Origin: Candidatus Poseidoniales archaeon
GTDB taxonomy: Archaea > Thermoplasmatota > Poseidoniia > Poseidoniales > Poseidoniaceae
Assembly (NCBI GenBank): GCA_012959275.1
Contig: DUDM01000050.1
Location: forward strand, 9,485 to 73,484
Length of the DNA stretch: 64,000 nt
Reading direction: 5' to 3'
Each line of letters starts with the position of its first letter. Within the stretch, counting starts at the first letter, position 1. This document shows positions 17,045 to 26,029 of the stretch, piece by piece. A model generated the notes under the pieces. The model had not been told where the DNA came from, made no database searches, and worked only from the letters and a program-made list of their open reading frames with translations. The position numbers were made by a program, and so were the translations under genes.

Positions 17045-19291
17045 TTACCGAACTCTACTTCCGTTGGCAATACTTCCATCGATACTGACAAGATTTACAC
17101 CACCTTGCCCATCATCTGCTGCTAACATCATTCCTTCTGACATTACACCTCGTAATTTACGTGGTTGTAAGTTTGCTACAAATACCACTTGTTTACCTGT
17201 CATTTGTTCTGGAGAATAATATTCTTTTAGGCCAGCGCAAACAGTCCTTCCTTCCTCACTTCCATCATCTATAGATACCACATATAGTTTGTCAGCATTT
17301 GGGTGCTCATCAACTGCAGATATTGTTCCTACTCTTAATTCAACTTCCATGAAGGTGTTGAAATCAAGATATGTTATTCCTTCGGGTGCTTCGTTCATTT
17401 TTTTCACTTCCTTTTTCTTACTACCTTTTACGCCATGAATTGGATTATCATCCTTCACTTCTGATTGACCTTCTACAAGGCTATTTTCATGTTCCAAAAT
17501 TTCTTCTAAGTCCAATCTCTTGAATAATGGAACGGGTTTTGTTTCAGTCCAGTTCATTTCTGCATTCCAATCTGTTGCTTCTAACCACAATACCTGAGAT
17601 ATTTCTTGCGACTCTCCAAGAGATTGCCATAATCTTTGGGCACTAAATGGGATGAAAGGTTGGGTTGCAATTGCTAATAGCCTTGCTATTCGCCAAGAGA
17701 ACGCAAGTGCAGCCAAAGATTCTGCAGCCCCTTCTTGGGTATGTGATTCAGGTTTCAGATATTTCCAAGGTGTTGAACCTTGTAGGAGTTGATTACCAAA
17801 TTGTGCGATGCTCATCACCCCTCTAAGTGCCTCTTTGTAACGATGTTTATTCAGACTCTCTTCTACATCAAGAAGCAGAGATTCAACTTTACTTCTCCAT
17901 TCTTCGGATAATGATGGATTGTCAAATTGTGCAAGTGGATTACCAACCCCTTCTAATCGATGAGCGAGAGTGATCACACGGTGGACGAAATTCCCATAAT
18001 GTCCAATTAATTCTGAATTTATTTTAGCGACGAAATCAGGCCAATTAAAGTCAGTATCGTGATTTTCAGGCATATTAATCCCAAGATAATAGCGCAAAGT
18101 ATCACCATCAAAGCGTTCTAAGAATGAAGGTAGCCATACCGCATGTTTTCGTGATTTTGAAAATTGTCCACCTGCTAACATTAGATATTCCATTGCTGGG
18201 ACATTATCCTCAAGATGCAAGTCTCCAGGACCTGGTAATGTAATCTTATCGGCAGCCCCTAAGCCATTATTTGCATGGTTCAAGCCCATTATCAAGGATG
18301 GCCAAATAACTGTGTGGAATGGAATGTTGTCTTTGCCAAGGAAGTACAGGTGCCGAGGTTTTGTTCCATCTTTGGAGATGAGCCACCACTTTTTCCAATC
18401 ATCCTCGGATTCACCAAATCTCTCACTCCAAATTTTTGCACATGATAGATATCCTTGTACTGCCTCAAACCAAACATAAACACACTTTCCATCCCATTCT
18501 GAATCCTCCAATGGAATTTTGATACCCCATTCAAGGTCTCGTGTTATTGCTCTAGGGCGCAAGCCCATCTCTAACCATTGTTTAGTCATGGCTTTGACGT
18601 TGGCTTTCCAAACTCCCTGCCTTGCTTCAGCATGCTCCTCTAAGCATGCTTGGAATCTATCCAAGCGGTAGAACAAATGTTCTGTGTCACGAATTTCTAT
18701 TTTTGCTTCGGGATTCATCTTCGAACGCGGTTTTTCTAATTCATGAGCCTCATATGTGGCGCCACAAGAATCACATTGATCCCCTCGCGCTCCATCTTCG
18801 CTACAATTTGGACATTCACCTTCTACATATCTATCTGGAAGGAAACGACCTCCGTCTTCACGGATTTCGTAATATTGCTGCATGGTCTTTTTCTCAAATA
18901 ACCCCGCATCCATTAATGAAAGAAAATTATCCTGTACAATTTCCTTGTGTCGCTCATCACTTGTACGATTGAATAGCGCCCCCCCGTAGTCAATACCACG
19001 AGCGTCGGTATTAGGCTCCCACATGCACCCCAAGTCGAGTAAAGCCTGAGAATTAATGGCATGAAATTTGTCAACAACTTGTTGAGGGCTAATTCCTTGT
19101 TGTTCGGCACTAACAGTTATTGGAGTACCGTGTTCATCAGAGCCGCTAACTAATAAAACTCGATTTCCACGGGCTCGTTCATATCGAAACTGAATATCAG
19201 GGGGAAGGTAACAACCTGCGACGTGGCCCAAATGTAATGGGCCATTAGCATAAGGCCATGCGACGCAGATGAGAACATGTTCACCCGACAT
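17045..19291 (-). CDS. metG: Methionine--tRNA ligase with a C-terminal tRNA-binding (EMAP/Trbp111-like) domain
   Basis: HIGH-type PYANGPLHLGH, KMSKS-type QFSKSR, a CPNC...CDSC zinc knuckle, and a C-terminal LRVGTI...HPNADKLYV OB fold. Confidence 0.92.
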   Translation of the reverse strand: MSGEHVLICVAWPYANGPLHLGHVAGCYLPPDIQFRYERARGNRVLLVSGSDEHGTPITVSAEQQGISPQQVVDKFHAINSQALLDLGCMWEPNTDARGIDYGGALFNRTSDERHKEIVQDNFLSLMDAGLFEKKTMQQYYEIREDGGRFLPDRYVEGECPNCSEDGARGDQCDSCGATYEAHELEKPRSKMNPEAKIEIRDTEHLFYRLDRFQACLEEHAEARQGVWKANVKAMTKQWLEMGLRPRAITRDLEWGIKIPLEDSEWDGKCVYVWFEAVQGYLSCAKIWSERFGESEDDWKKWWLISKDGTKPRHLYFLGKDNIPFHTVIWPSLIMGLNHANNGLGAADKITLPGPGDLHLEDNVPAMEYLMLAGGQFSKSRKHAVWLPSFLERFDGDTLRYYLGINMPENHDTDFNWPDFVAKINSELIGHYGNFVHRVITLAHRLEGVGNPLAQFDNPSLSEEWRSKVESLLLDVEESLNKHRYKEALRGVMSIAQFGNQLLQGSTPWKYLKPESHTQEGAAESLAALAFSWRIARLLAIATQPFIPFSAQRLWQSLGESQEISQVLWLEATDWNAEMNWTETKPVPLFKRLDLEEILEHENSLVEGQSEVKDDNPIHGVKGSKKKEVKKMNEAPEGITYLDFNTFMEVELRVGTISAVDEHPNADKLYVVSIDDGSEEGRTVCAGLKEYYSPEQMTGKQVVFVANLQPRKLRGVMSEGMMLAADDGQGGVNLVSIDGSIANGSRVR

Positions 19292-19412
19292 CGACTAAGG
19301 CAGGAAGGACTTGAATATGGTATTTCCCAAAGCATGACCTTTCATTAACAAGGCATAATAACATGAAACTTCACAGGTATCATGTCGCCTACGCAGGAGG
19401 ACGCACCTAACA

Positions 19413-20453
19413 ATGGTATCCGGTTTACTTCTATTCTATGTTGGACTCGCTCTTGGAGTCTCATTTTTATGCAGTATACTTGAGAGTATTCTATTGAGTA
19501 TTAGCCATTCACATATTCAATTAATGTCTAACGATGGAAGGAAATCCGGTTTAATTTGGACTGACTTGAAGAAAAATGATTCTGTTCGTCCTTTGACCGC
19601 GATTCTCACCCTCAATACCATCGCCCACACTGTAGGGGCAGTAGGTGTTGGTTCTGTGGTTCAAACTGAATATGGAAATGAATGGGTGACTTTGGCATCG
19701 GCAATTCTTACAATGGCAGTATTACTACTATCGGAAATCCTTCCAAAGACCCTTGGAACTGTGTACTGGAAAAAGTTGAGTCCATTTGCTGCATACATAA
19801 CGAATGTCTTAACATTGGCTTTGATTCTAATAGTGGTACCAATTGAATGGTTTCGCAAGTTATTACCGAAAGGCAACACAACAACAGTCACAAGGGATGA
19901 ATTAGCAGTTCTTGCAGATATTGGTGAGGAAGAAGGTACTATTGAGGAAGATGAAGAAACAGTCATCCAGAACTTATTGCGCTTGGCAGAAATAAAAGTT
20001 GAAGAAGTTATGACTCCAAGAGTAGTAGTAACTGCTTTCCCACTTGACTACACTATCAAGCAAGTTTTGGCTAAACATCCAGTGTTAAGAGTGTCTAGAA
20101 TCCCAGTTTATGGAAATAATATAGATGATATCAAAGGACTAGTGATTCGTTCTGAGATTTTATTGGCTGCTAGTAGGAATGAATGGGAAAAGGAGTTAGG
20201 GGCGTTGATGAAACCAATTGGCTTCATTTCAGAAGATGATAGTGTCGACCTTACATTAGATTTATTTCTCGAAAAACGGCAACAGATTTTGGCTGTTCAA
20301 GATGAGTTTGGTGGCACCAGTGGCATTGTTACAATGGAGGATGTTATCGAGACATTATTGGGTAAGGAAATCGTCGATGAAACCGATGAGGCAGAGGATA
20401 TGAGGGAAGTTGCAAGAGCCTATACAAATGGTATTCATGAAGGTGAAGAGTAA
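19413..20453 (+). CDS. CNNM/CorC-type DUF21 plus CBS-pair membrane protein (putative Mg2+/Co2+ efflux)
   Basis: Four N-terminal TM helices (DUF21) with LSEILPKT, followed by VMTPR and a CBS pair. Confidence 0.8.
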   Translation: MVSGLLLFYVGLALGVSFLCSILESILLSISHSHIQLMSNDGRKSGLIWTDLKKNDSVRPLTAILTLNTIAHTVGAVGVGSVVQTEYGNEWVTLASAILTMAVLLLSEILPKTLGTVYWKKLSPFAAYITNVLTLALILIVVPIEWFRKLLPKGNTTTVTRDELAVLADIGEEEGTIEEDEETVIQNLLRLAEIKVEEVMTPRVVVTAFPLDYTIKQVLAKHPVLRVSRIPVYGNNIDDIKGLVIRSEILLAASRNEWEKELGALMKPIGFISEDDSVDLTLDLFLEKRQQILAVQDEFGGTSGIVTMEDVIETLLGKEIVDETDEAEDMREVARAYTNGIHEGEE

Positions 20454-21415
20454 TCAAGAAACCGTCGTATTAAATTATTTCTTGTCAGATTTATCTTAGA
20501 ACCTGAATGGGTTAAATCATCTAACATATGGGATTCACAATCATCTCCAATATGTTGCATCAATAGCTCATAATGAGCACTACCTAGGCGATTATCCACT
20601 TTTGGTTGTAATACAATAGTCCTGCAAGTAGGCATTCCCCATTTTGGAAGCATCACATCCTCGGGGCCATTAATTGGTTGATCTGGATGGATTTTATACC
20701 AGGCTTTCCAGACCATTTTTACCATCAAGGGCTGAAGTATCTTTAAAAAATTGGGGAGGTACTCATCAAAAATCAAATTGTAATTAGTCATTGGCGATTC
20801 AAGAATCATTGAATCCACTTTATCATCCCACCAGCCTTGATATTTTGAGACTAACCTTAATGCAACAAAGGCTCCAAGACTATGGCCCCAAATCACAATT
20901 TTCTCAATTTTCTCTTGAGGAAGGGAATCGAGTAATGCCGCAGTATCGGATGCACATTTAACAGCCGTAAATTCAGGGTCCTTTGCCCCATGTCCATGGC
21001 CTCTCAAATCCACAGTAACTACGTGGTAATCGGTAAAATCTTTTGCTCTTTCAAAGGTGCCAATTGAATTAGAAGACCATCCATGAATCATCAATAGTAA
21101 AGGTGCTCGACCGTCGTTCCATCTCGCATGGCCATGCACATGAACACCATCATTACTAGTCGATATTGAAGTGGTCTCAGATTCATCTAAGCATGGATAT
21201 TTGTTTATTGGAGGTGAGCAGAACCTCCTCAGCACTGCGGTTTTACAAACTTCAAAGAATAAGAGAGTACTGAAAACACCTACAACAATCCCTAAGAGAG
21301 AAATCGAGTTGAGTAAATCAAATATTAAAATTGAAATTCCAGTTATGGAAATTAGGAAAAGTATTCGATTGTCGATTTTCGTAGCAGTTGCTACGCGAGG
21401 TACTGTTGATATCAT
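20435..21415 (-). CDS. Membrane-anchored alpha/beta hydrolase
   Basis: N-terminal TM helices, an HGWSS oxyanion region and the nucleophile elbow GHSLGA. ATGA overlap with the upstream gene. Confidence 0.7.
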   Translation of the reverse strand: MISTVPRVATATKIDNRILFLISITGISILIFDLLNSISLLGIVVGVFSTLLFFEVCKTAVLRRFCSPPINKYPCLDESETTSISTSNDGVHVHGHARWNDGRAPLLLMIHGWSSNSIGTFERAKDFTDYHVVTVDLRGHGHGAKDPEFTAVKCASDTAALLDSLPQEKIEKIVIWGHSLGAFVALRLVSKYQGWWDDKVDSMILESPMTNYNLIFDEYLPNFLKILQPLMVKMVWKAWYKIHPDQPINGPEDVMLPKWGMPTCRTIVLQPKVDNRLGSAHYELLMQHIGDDCESHMLDDLTHSGSKINLTRNNLIRRFLDYSSPS

Positions 21416-22209
21416 GTCTCATCGACTGTTGTATCCTTTTCGTCCATTTTAGCGATTCTCTTAGCACCAAAATCTCCAAGGCTTTCCAATTTAGCTGCCC
21501 ATCCTTTCTCATCACCAGTTGGGACGTGGTGCACCAAATAGGCTGAAAATAGTTTATCCCAAACAGTTTGATTGGAATCATTAACATCGAATTTCTTGAA
21601 TGCCCATTCGCTTATTGGGTAAAGGAAACATAGAATTGACAAGACTAACATCGATGTATTAATCCCGTCGTTGCTATTGCTTCCAATACCTGACATAAGC
21701 AAGAATCCAAGACCACCAAATAAAGCAGGGGTGTTGAGGTTACTCAATATTGCATGGAAGAAGTTCGGCTTGGAACCTTTGTAAGTGACATATTTTGTTC
21801 GTGAAAGGAATTGCCCAAAATTACGTCCAAATTTCATTGGGATTAACAATACATTTAGCAGTGGCATTACTAGGGCGGAAATCAATAGCCAAGTAAGGTC
21901 GCCACCGGCAAATATGATGAGACTCAATGCTGCCATTAGCAGACCCCAGTTCCAGATGAAATTCACAAACCAAGCAGCAGCGCGGTGGTTTTTACCAGCC
22001 AAGACGAATTCATCGGGTAAGTCCTTGGCGATGCGTTCTCTTTTTTCCCTTTGAGGTCTGCTGGCTCTAGCAGATTTTGCTTTTGCCGCTGGCTTGGCCT
22101 TTACTGCTGCTTTTGCCGCTGGCTTGGCTTTTGCTACTGCTTTTGCCTTTGCTGGCATGGCTTTTGCCGGTTTCTTTTCATATTCTTCTGCCTTATCAAG
22201 TAGTCCCAT
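21412..22209 (-). CDS. Membrane protein with a Lys/Ala-rich (histone-H1-like) N-terminal tail, possibly RDD-like
   Basis: AKAMPAKAKAVAKAKPAAKAAVKAKPAAKAK is followed by three or four hydrophobic helices. No catalytic motif was recognised. Confidence 0.55.
   Translation of the reverse strand: MGLLDKAEEYEKKPAKAMPAKAKAVAKAKPAAKAAVKAKPAAKAKSARASRPQREKRERIAKDLPDEFVLAGKNHRAAAWFVNFIWNWGLLMAALSLIIFAGGDLTWLLISALVMPLLNVLLIPMKFGRNFGQFLSRTKYVTYKGSKPNFFHAILSNLNTPALFGGLGFLLMSGIGSNSNDGINTSMLVLSILCFLYPISEWAFKKFDVNDSNQTVWDKLFSAYLVHHVPTGDEKGWAAKLESLGDFGAKRIAKMDEKDTTVDET
22079..22138. repeat. Two tandem 30-nt coding repeats (KA-rich tail)
   Basis: gcttttgccgctggcttggc(c/t)ttt(a/g)ct(g/a)ct occurs twice, followed by a third degenerate unit. 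Confidence 0.8.
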
Positions 22210-22214
22210 AACTC

Positions 22215-23285
22215 TCAGCTCCCATAAATTGCACCGACTTCTTCGTAGATTTTGAAGTCAGGAGATTGTGTAAATACGACGATTTCATTTTCTGGTAAAT
22301 CCATAAGCATTGAATCGACCAAACTGAAAAACGCGCGTCTTGCCTCTTCATCGGCGCCCTCAGGGTTTCCTGCTACATCTGAATATAGTTGGAATGAGTC
22401 ACTGGCGATGAAAGCATCAACATCTGGTAGTTTAAGGAGCAAGTTGTCAACGACTCCGGTGAAGTCAAGGAAGATATCCTCTTCTTCAATTAAGGTGGAA
22501 ATATCGGCTTCTCCAGAAAGTACCGCCTTGATTGCCTTATGTTCTGAGATTAAGGCTTCTAGTTGAGGTTTTAATTTATTTAACTTGGACTTTTGATTTC
22601 GTTGTTTTGCGAGTTTATACTTCGGCTTTAATTTGTTGATAGTTGAAGCTAATTTTGATTTCTGTTTTTCCAAATCCGCGATTTCTGATTCATCAAGGTC
22701 AAGAGCGATTTCTTCAACTTCTTCTTCCTCGTCTTCCGCCTCTCCTTCAAGTACTTCTTCGAGTTCTTCTTCCGGTTCCCCTTCAAGTATTTCTTCAACT
22801 TCTTCTTCCACAAACTCTTCTTCATTCTCATCAAGCATAGTTATGGTTGGTGCATCCCTGACTTCAGCGACTCGGGAATCGTGTTCTGCTTTGCGCTTGA
22901 CAATAATTTCACGATCTAATTGGTGGCCGAATCTATCTGCATAGCGGTCTAAGAGGCTACCTACTTCTCCTTCGCCAAGTCTATCGATATGACCGTAAAC
23001 TTGCTGAAGTGGCTTTGAACTGCCCCTCTTCCAAAGTGAATCATAGCCTTTGTCTTCTTTCTTGGATGACATATCTGGAGGTGCAAGGCTGGATATGGTC
23101 GGAACATTTGCTCCATCTAACGCCCCTCTTTTCGGCTTTGCCTCAGATCCAGGAGGTGGTGGTAGAGGCAGTGGGGGGGGCGCTCCACCTGCCACTGGAG
23201 GAGGTGGTATTGCAACTCCTCCTGGTGGTGGAGGTATGGGTCCTATTGGAGAGGGCCCTTTGCCTTTCTTCTTCTTTCGTCCCAT
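22215..23285 (-). CDS. Hypothetical protein with basic and poly-proline N-terminus, acidic coiled coil and a repeated C-terminal motif
   Basis: MGRKKKKGKGPSPIGPIPPPPGGVAIPPPPVAGGAPPPLPLPPPPG, then EE-rich and K-rich coils. The C-terminus has two LP(D/E)..S(D/P)xF(Q/K)(L/I)Y(S/E)(D/E)V motifs. Confidence 0.6.
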   Translation of the reverse strand: MGRKKKKGKGPSPIGPIPPPPGGVAIPPPPVAGGAPPPLPLPPPPGSEAKPKRGALDGANVPTISSLAPPDMSSKKEDKGYDSLWKRGSSKPLQQVYGHIDRLGEGEVGSLLDRYADRFGHQLDREIIVKRKAEHDSRVAEVRDAPTITMLDENEEEFVEEEVEEILEGEPEEELEEVLEGEAEDEEEEVEEIALDLDESEIADLEKQKSKLASTINKLKPKYKLAKQRNQKSKLNKLKPQLEALISEHKAIKAVLSGEADISTLIEEEDIFLDFTGVVDNLLLKLPDVDAFIASDSFQLYSDVAGNPEGADEEARRAFFSLVDSMLMDLPENEIVVFTQSPDFKIYEEVGAIYGS

Positions 23286-23381
23286 CCTTAATCACCCTCC
23301 GGGTGAAGCGAGGACCATAGGTATGTGCTTTAATGTTGACCGCGAGGAGGTCGGGAGAGAGTCTAATATTAGGATATTAAA

Positions 23382-24614
23382 TTAGAGCCGAATTACCTCT
23401 CCCCACCCTTTTAGGACGACGAATGCTGCTGCGGCTTCTGGCAATTCCAACTTATCTCCAAAATGCCCCTCTATATGGCAATCCTTTACTCGGGTATTGA
23501 TTTCCTCAGCGATAATTTGCACATTCATTTTGCCATCCATCGGTAAGACAACTGCTTCAGTTAGAGGGTCGAATGGTTGGCTACCATCCGGATCTAATCT
23601 GCTAAGTGGAAATTCTGTCACCTGTAGGCCACATTTGCCATGCAAAGAAGTAGGGTGCCTAATCACTCGATGGCAATCTATTGTTACTACCTCATCAGTC
23701 TCTCCAGCACTGCCTAATACCACACTAGAATCAGAGCGTAATATGTCGGTGAAAGCATCGCGGAAATAATTAGAATCTGATTTTGTCCCACCTAAGGCGT
23801 TTAGATTCCCCCCTATCAATTCTTTTCTTCTACGTGGATGTTCAATCAATTGGGCTAGGTCGAGTACAGCCTTTTTCCCTTTTGAACGTTTAACCCCCTT
23901 CAATTTTGCAGAACGCTTCATCGCATCCACACAAGATTCGACGATTACCCTCGCCTCTTCCCCTTCTTCATTTCGAACTTTATCAAGCCTCTCTATGGTT
24001 TGTTGTACACCACCACGTAGGCGCTTTGCCCAACCACTCGCATTTTCTTCTTCAGACCTTGGGAGGAGGGACATGACATCGACTCCCTCGCCTCTTATGT
24101 GGGATACTAATTCTCTTCTTGCTTCTCCGTCCAGATGAACTAATTGCGGGTCTCGATAATGCAAATGAAAACCCCTGTGGCCTGAGAAAGTCAAATGCAG
24201 GAATTTTTCTTCAAAACCGAATTCAGGTTGTAAAAAATCATTCCACAACTTCCATGCCTGTTCTCTAATTACTTCTAACATTCCAATAAAATCTGTATCG
24301 ACAATACCAGGTAGGTGATCTCCATCCAAGTCAAAAATAAGGTCGGCGCCCATCCACCCCTTTTCCTTCATGCTTGAACGGATGCTTGAATCCCGCCAAT
24401 ATGCTGTGCTGTAAAATACCGAATGAGGTGGTCTAGAAACTAATTTCCTCTTGATTTCATTTGCATCAGTGAGGCGAATATGGCGTCGGGGTGTACCTCC
24501 TCCAAAGGGGATAAACATCCATTCACGAGTCCTTAAGCGAGGTGGTAGCCAAGGTGTGAAATTCTGATAATGTTGTTCAAACCGATGTGCAAATGTCGCC
24601 CATCCCTTAACCAT
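23382..24614 (-). CDS. priS: DNA primase small (catalytic) subunit PriS
   Basis: Catalytic LIFDLDGDH and SGHRGFHLHY motifs of the archaeo-eukaryotic primase. Confidence 0.85.
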   Translation of the reverse strand: MVKGWATFAHRFEQHYQNFTPWLPPRLRTREWMFIPFGGGTPRRHIRLTDANEIKRKLVSRPPHSVFYSTAYWRDSSIRSSMKEKGWMGADLIFDLDGDHLPGIVDTDFIGMLEVIREQAWKLWNDFLQPEFGFEEKFLHLTFSGHRGFHLHYRDPQLVHLDGEARRELVSHIRGEGVDVMSLLPRSEEENASGWAKRLRGGVQQTIERLDKVRNEEGEEARVIVESCVDAMKRSAKLKGVKRSKGKKAVLDLAQLIEHPRRRKELIGGNLNALGGTKSDSNYFRDAFTDILRSDSSVVLGSAGETDEVVTIDCHRVIRHPTSLHGKCGLQVTEFPLSRLDPDGSQPFDPLTEAVVLPMDGKMNVQIIAEEINTRVKDCHIEGHFGDKLELPEAAAAFVVLKGWGEVIRL

Positions 24615-24665
24615 AGTTGACCCTCCGCATACAACTTAATGCTGAGGGGTAATGAATAATGCGCC

Positions 24666-24911
24666 TCAGCGATAAAATCTCTTTTCGGTTTCTTTGCCTG
24701 ATGTTGAAGGGCCTGCGCCGGTATTTTGTTGATAACATTGCCAACAAAAATAATGCTTATCGATTGTCATCGATTGTCCAAAAGTGAGTCGGATTCCGCA
24801 ACCATGGCAGAGTGGACCTATTTCGCCATTTGGTGCTTGGGCTAAAGGGACGTGGTCGTGTGGCATCTCTCTCAGAGGTCCGTATGGCATCCAGTCTTTG
24901 AATGCTAGCAT
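24666..24911 (-). CDS. Small Cys-rich putative zinc-binding protein
   Basis: CHGCG...(17 aa)...CWQC pairs in 81 aa. No family recognised. Confidence 0.45.
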   Translation of the reverse strand: MLAFKDWMPYGPLREMPHDHVPLAQAPNGEIGPLCHGCGIRLTFGQSMTIDKHYFCWQCYQQNTGAGPSTSGKETEKRFYR

Positions 24912-25043
24912 TTAGAATGATATTACCTATCGCTATAGTAAGCCAATAAATCCAAAGCAAATCGCAGGATTCTGATACTTCAATGAAAGAATCTTGCAAG
25001 TGCTTTTCCAATACCTCTTTTATTGAATTATCTCCAATAGCAC

Positions 25044-25922
25044 CTATTCACCAATAAACTCCATCGATTGGACATCGAAATCAGTTTTGATCATGCCTAT
25101 TTTTTGGCCGCACTCTAGGAATTTCCGCACCGAATCTCTTCCTTCTTGGCGATAGTCGATTGTTCTGTCATTGACATACATTTGAACAAATTTTTGATTC
25201 GTTTCATCATCAATGCCCCGTCCCCACAATTTTGCAAAGGCTAAAGCATCTCTCGGATTGTGGATTGCATATTCAATACTCTCCTTTGTCCATCTTGTTA
25301 TGTCTGCCATCACGTCATTTCCTAAGCCCTTTTTCACGATATTTCCGCCAAGTGGCATTGGCCAACCATGGTACTTTTCAGCCCACCAAACCCCTAAATT
25401 AAGATGCACATCAAGACCATGTTCAACATAAGTCAATTGCCCTTCATGAATGATGAGTCCAGCATCTACTTCACCAGCGAGAATCGCATCTATGATCTCA
25501 TCGAAAGGGATGACGACATGCTCGACATCACCCCATGCAAGTTTCAATCCCAAAAAAGCACTTGTTTTTAGGCCAGGCACTGCGATTTTTCCCCTTTTGA
25601 TATCCTCAAGTTCTCGCCCTGCTAATGAAACAACCATTGGGCCATATCCTTCGCCCATGCTGGCTCCACAATTCATCAAAGCATAATCGCCAGACACCTC
25701 TGGGAATGAATGGATACTGATGGCACTAACTTCCAACTCCTTGCGCAATGCACGATGGTTGAGAGTTTCAATATCTTGAAGTTCATGCTTGAAAATATAT
25801 CCTGGTGTTTCAATCAGTCCATTAGTTAAGGCATAGAACATAAAGGCATCATCAGGGTCTGGAGAGTGCCCAATTCTGATGATTTTACGGCCTTCATCAT
25901 CCATTGCTAATTCATCAAGCAT
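25044..25922 (-). CDS. mqnD: 1,4-dihydroxy-6-naphthoate synthase (futalosine pathway, MqnD-like)
   Basis: IRIGHSPDPDDAFMFYAL...DIETLN matches the MqnD consensus (SPCPNDTF.F.AL...DIE.LN) of the MqnA/MqnD periplasmic-binding-like family. Confidence 0.7.
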   Translation of the reverse strand: MLDELAMDDEGRKIIRIGHSPDPDDAFMFYALTNGLIETPGYIFKHELQDIETLNHRALRKELEVSAISIHSFPEVSGDYALMNCGASMGEGYGPMVVSLAGRELEDIKRGKIAVPGLKTSAFLGLKLAWGDVEHVVIPFDEIIDAILAGEVDAGLIIHEGQLTYVEHGLDVHLNLGVWWAEKYHGWPMPLGGNIVKKGLGNDVMADITRWTKESIEYAIHNPRDALAFAKLWGRGIDDETNQKFVQMYVNDRTIDYRQEGRDSVRKFLECGQKIGMIKTDFDVQSMEFIGE

Positions 25923-26029
25923 GCAGCGCCGACCAAAGCCTTACCTTTGAAGTCGATGGAAATGGACAGCGGTTTGTGTTACAGACCTTAACAATACGCA
26001 ACTTATGGGTGATTGACGGCAAACACTCT

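Noticed and set aside
1244-22138. Tandem repeats checked as possible CRISPR arrays
   Set aside because: All repeats are contiguous with no unique spacers, keep an ORF in frame and encode low-complexity peptide. No cas genes are present.
24917-24975. C/D-box sRNA-like spacing (AUGAUA ... CUGA) in the 24912-25043 spacer
   Set aside because: The C box is non-canonical, there are no C'/D' boxes and no terminal stem. This is insufficient evidence.
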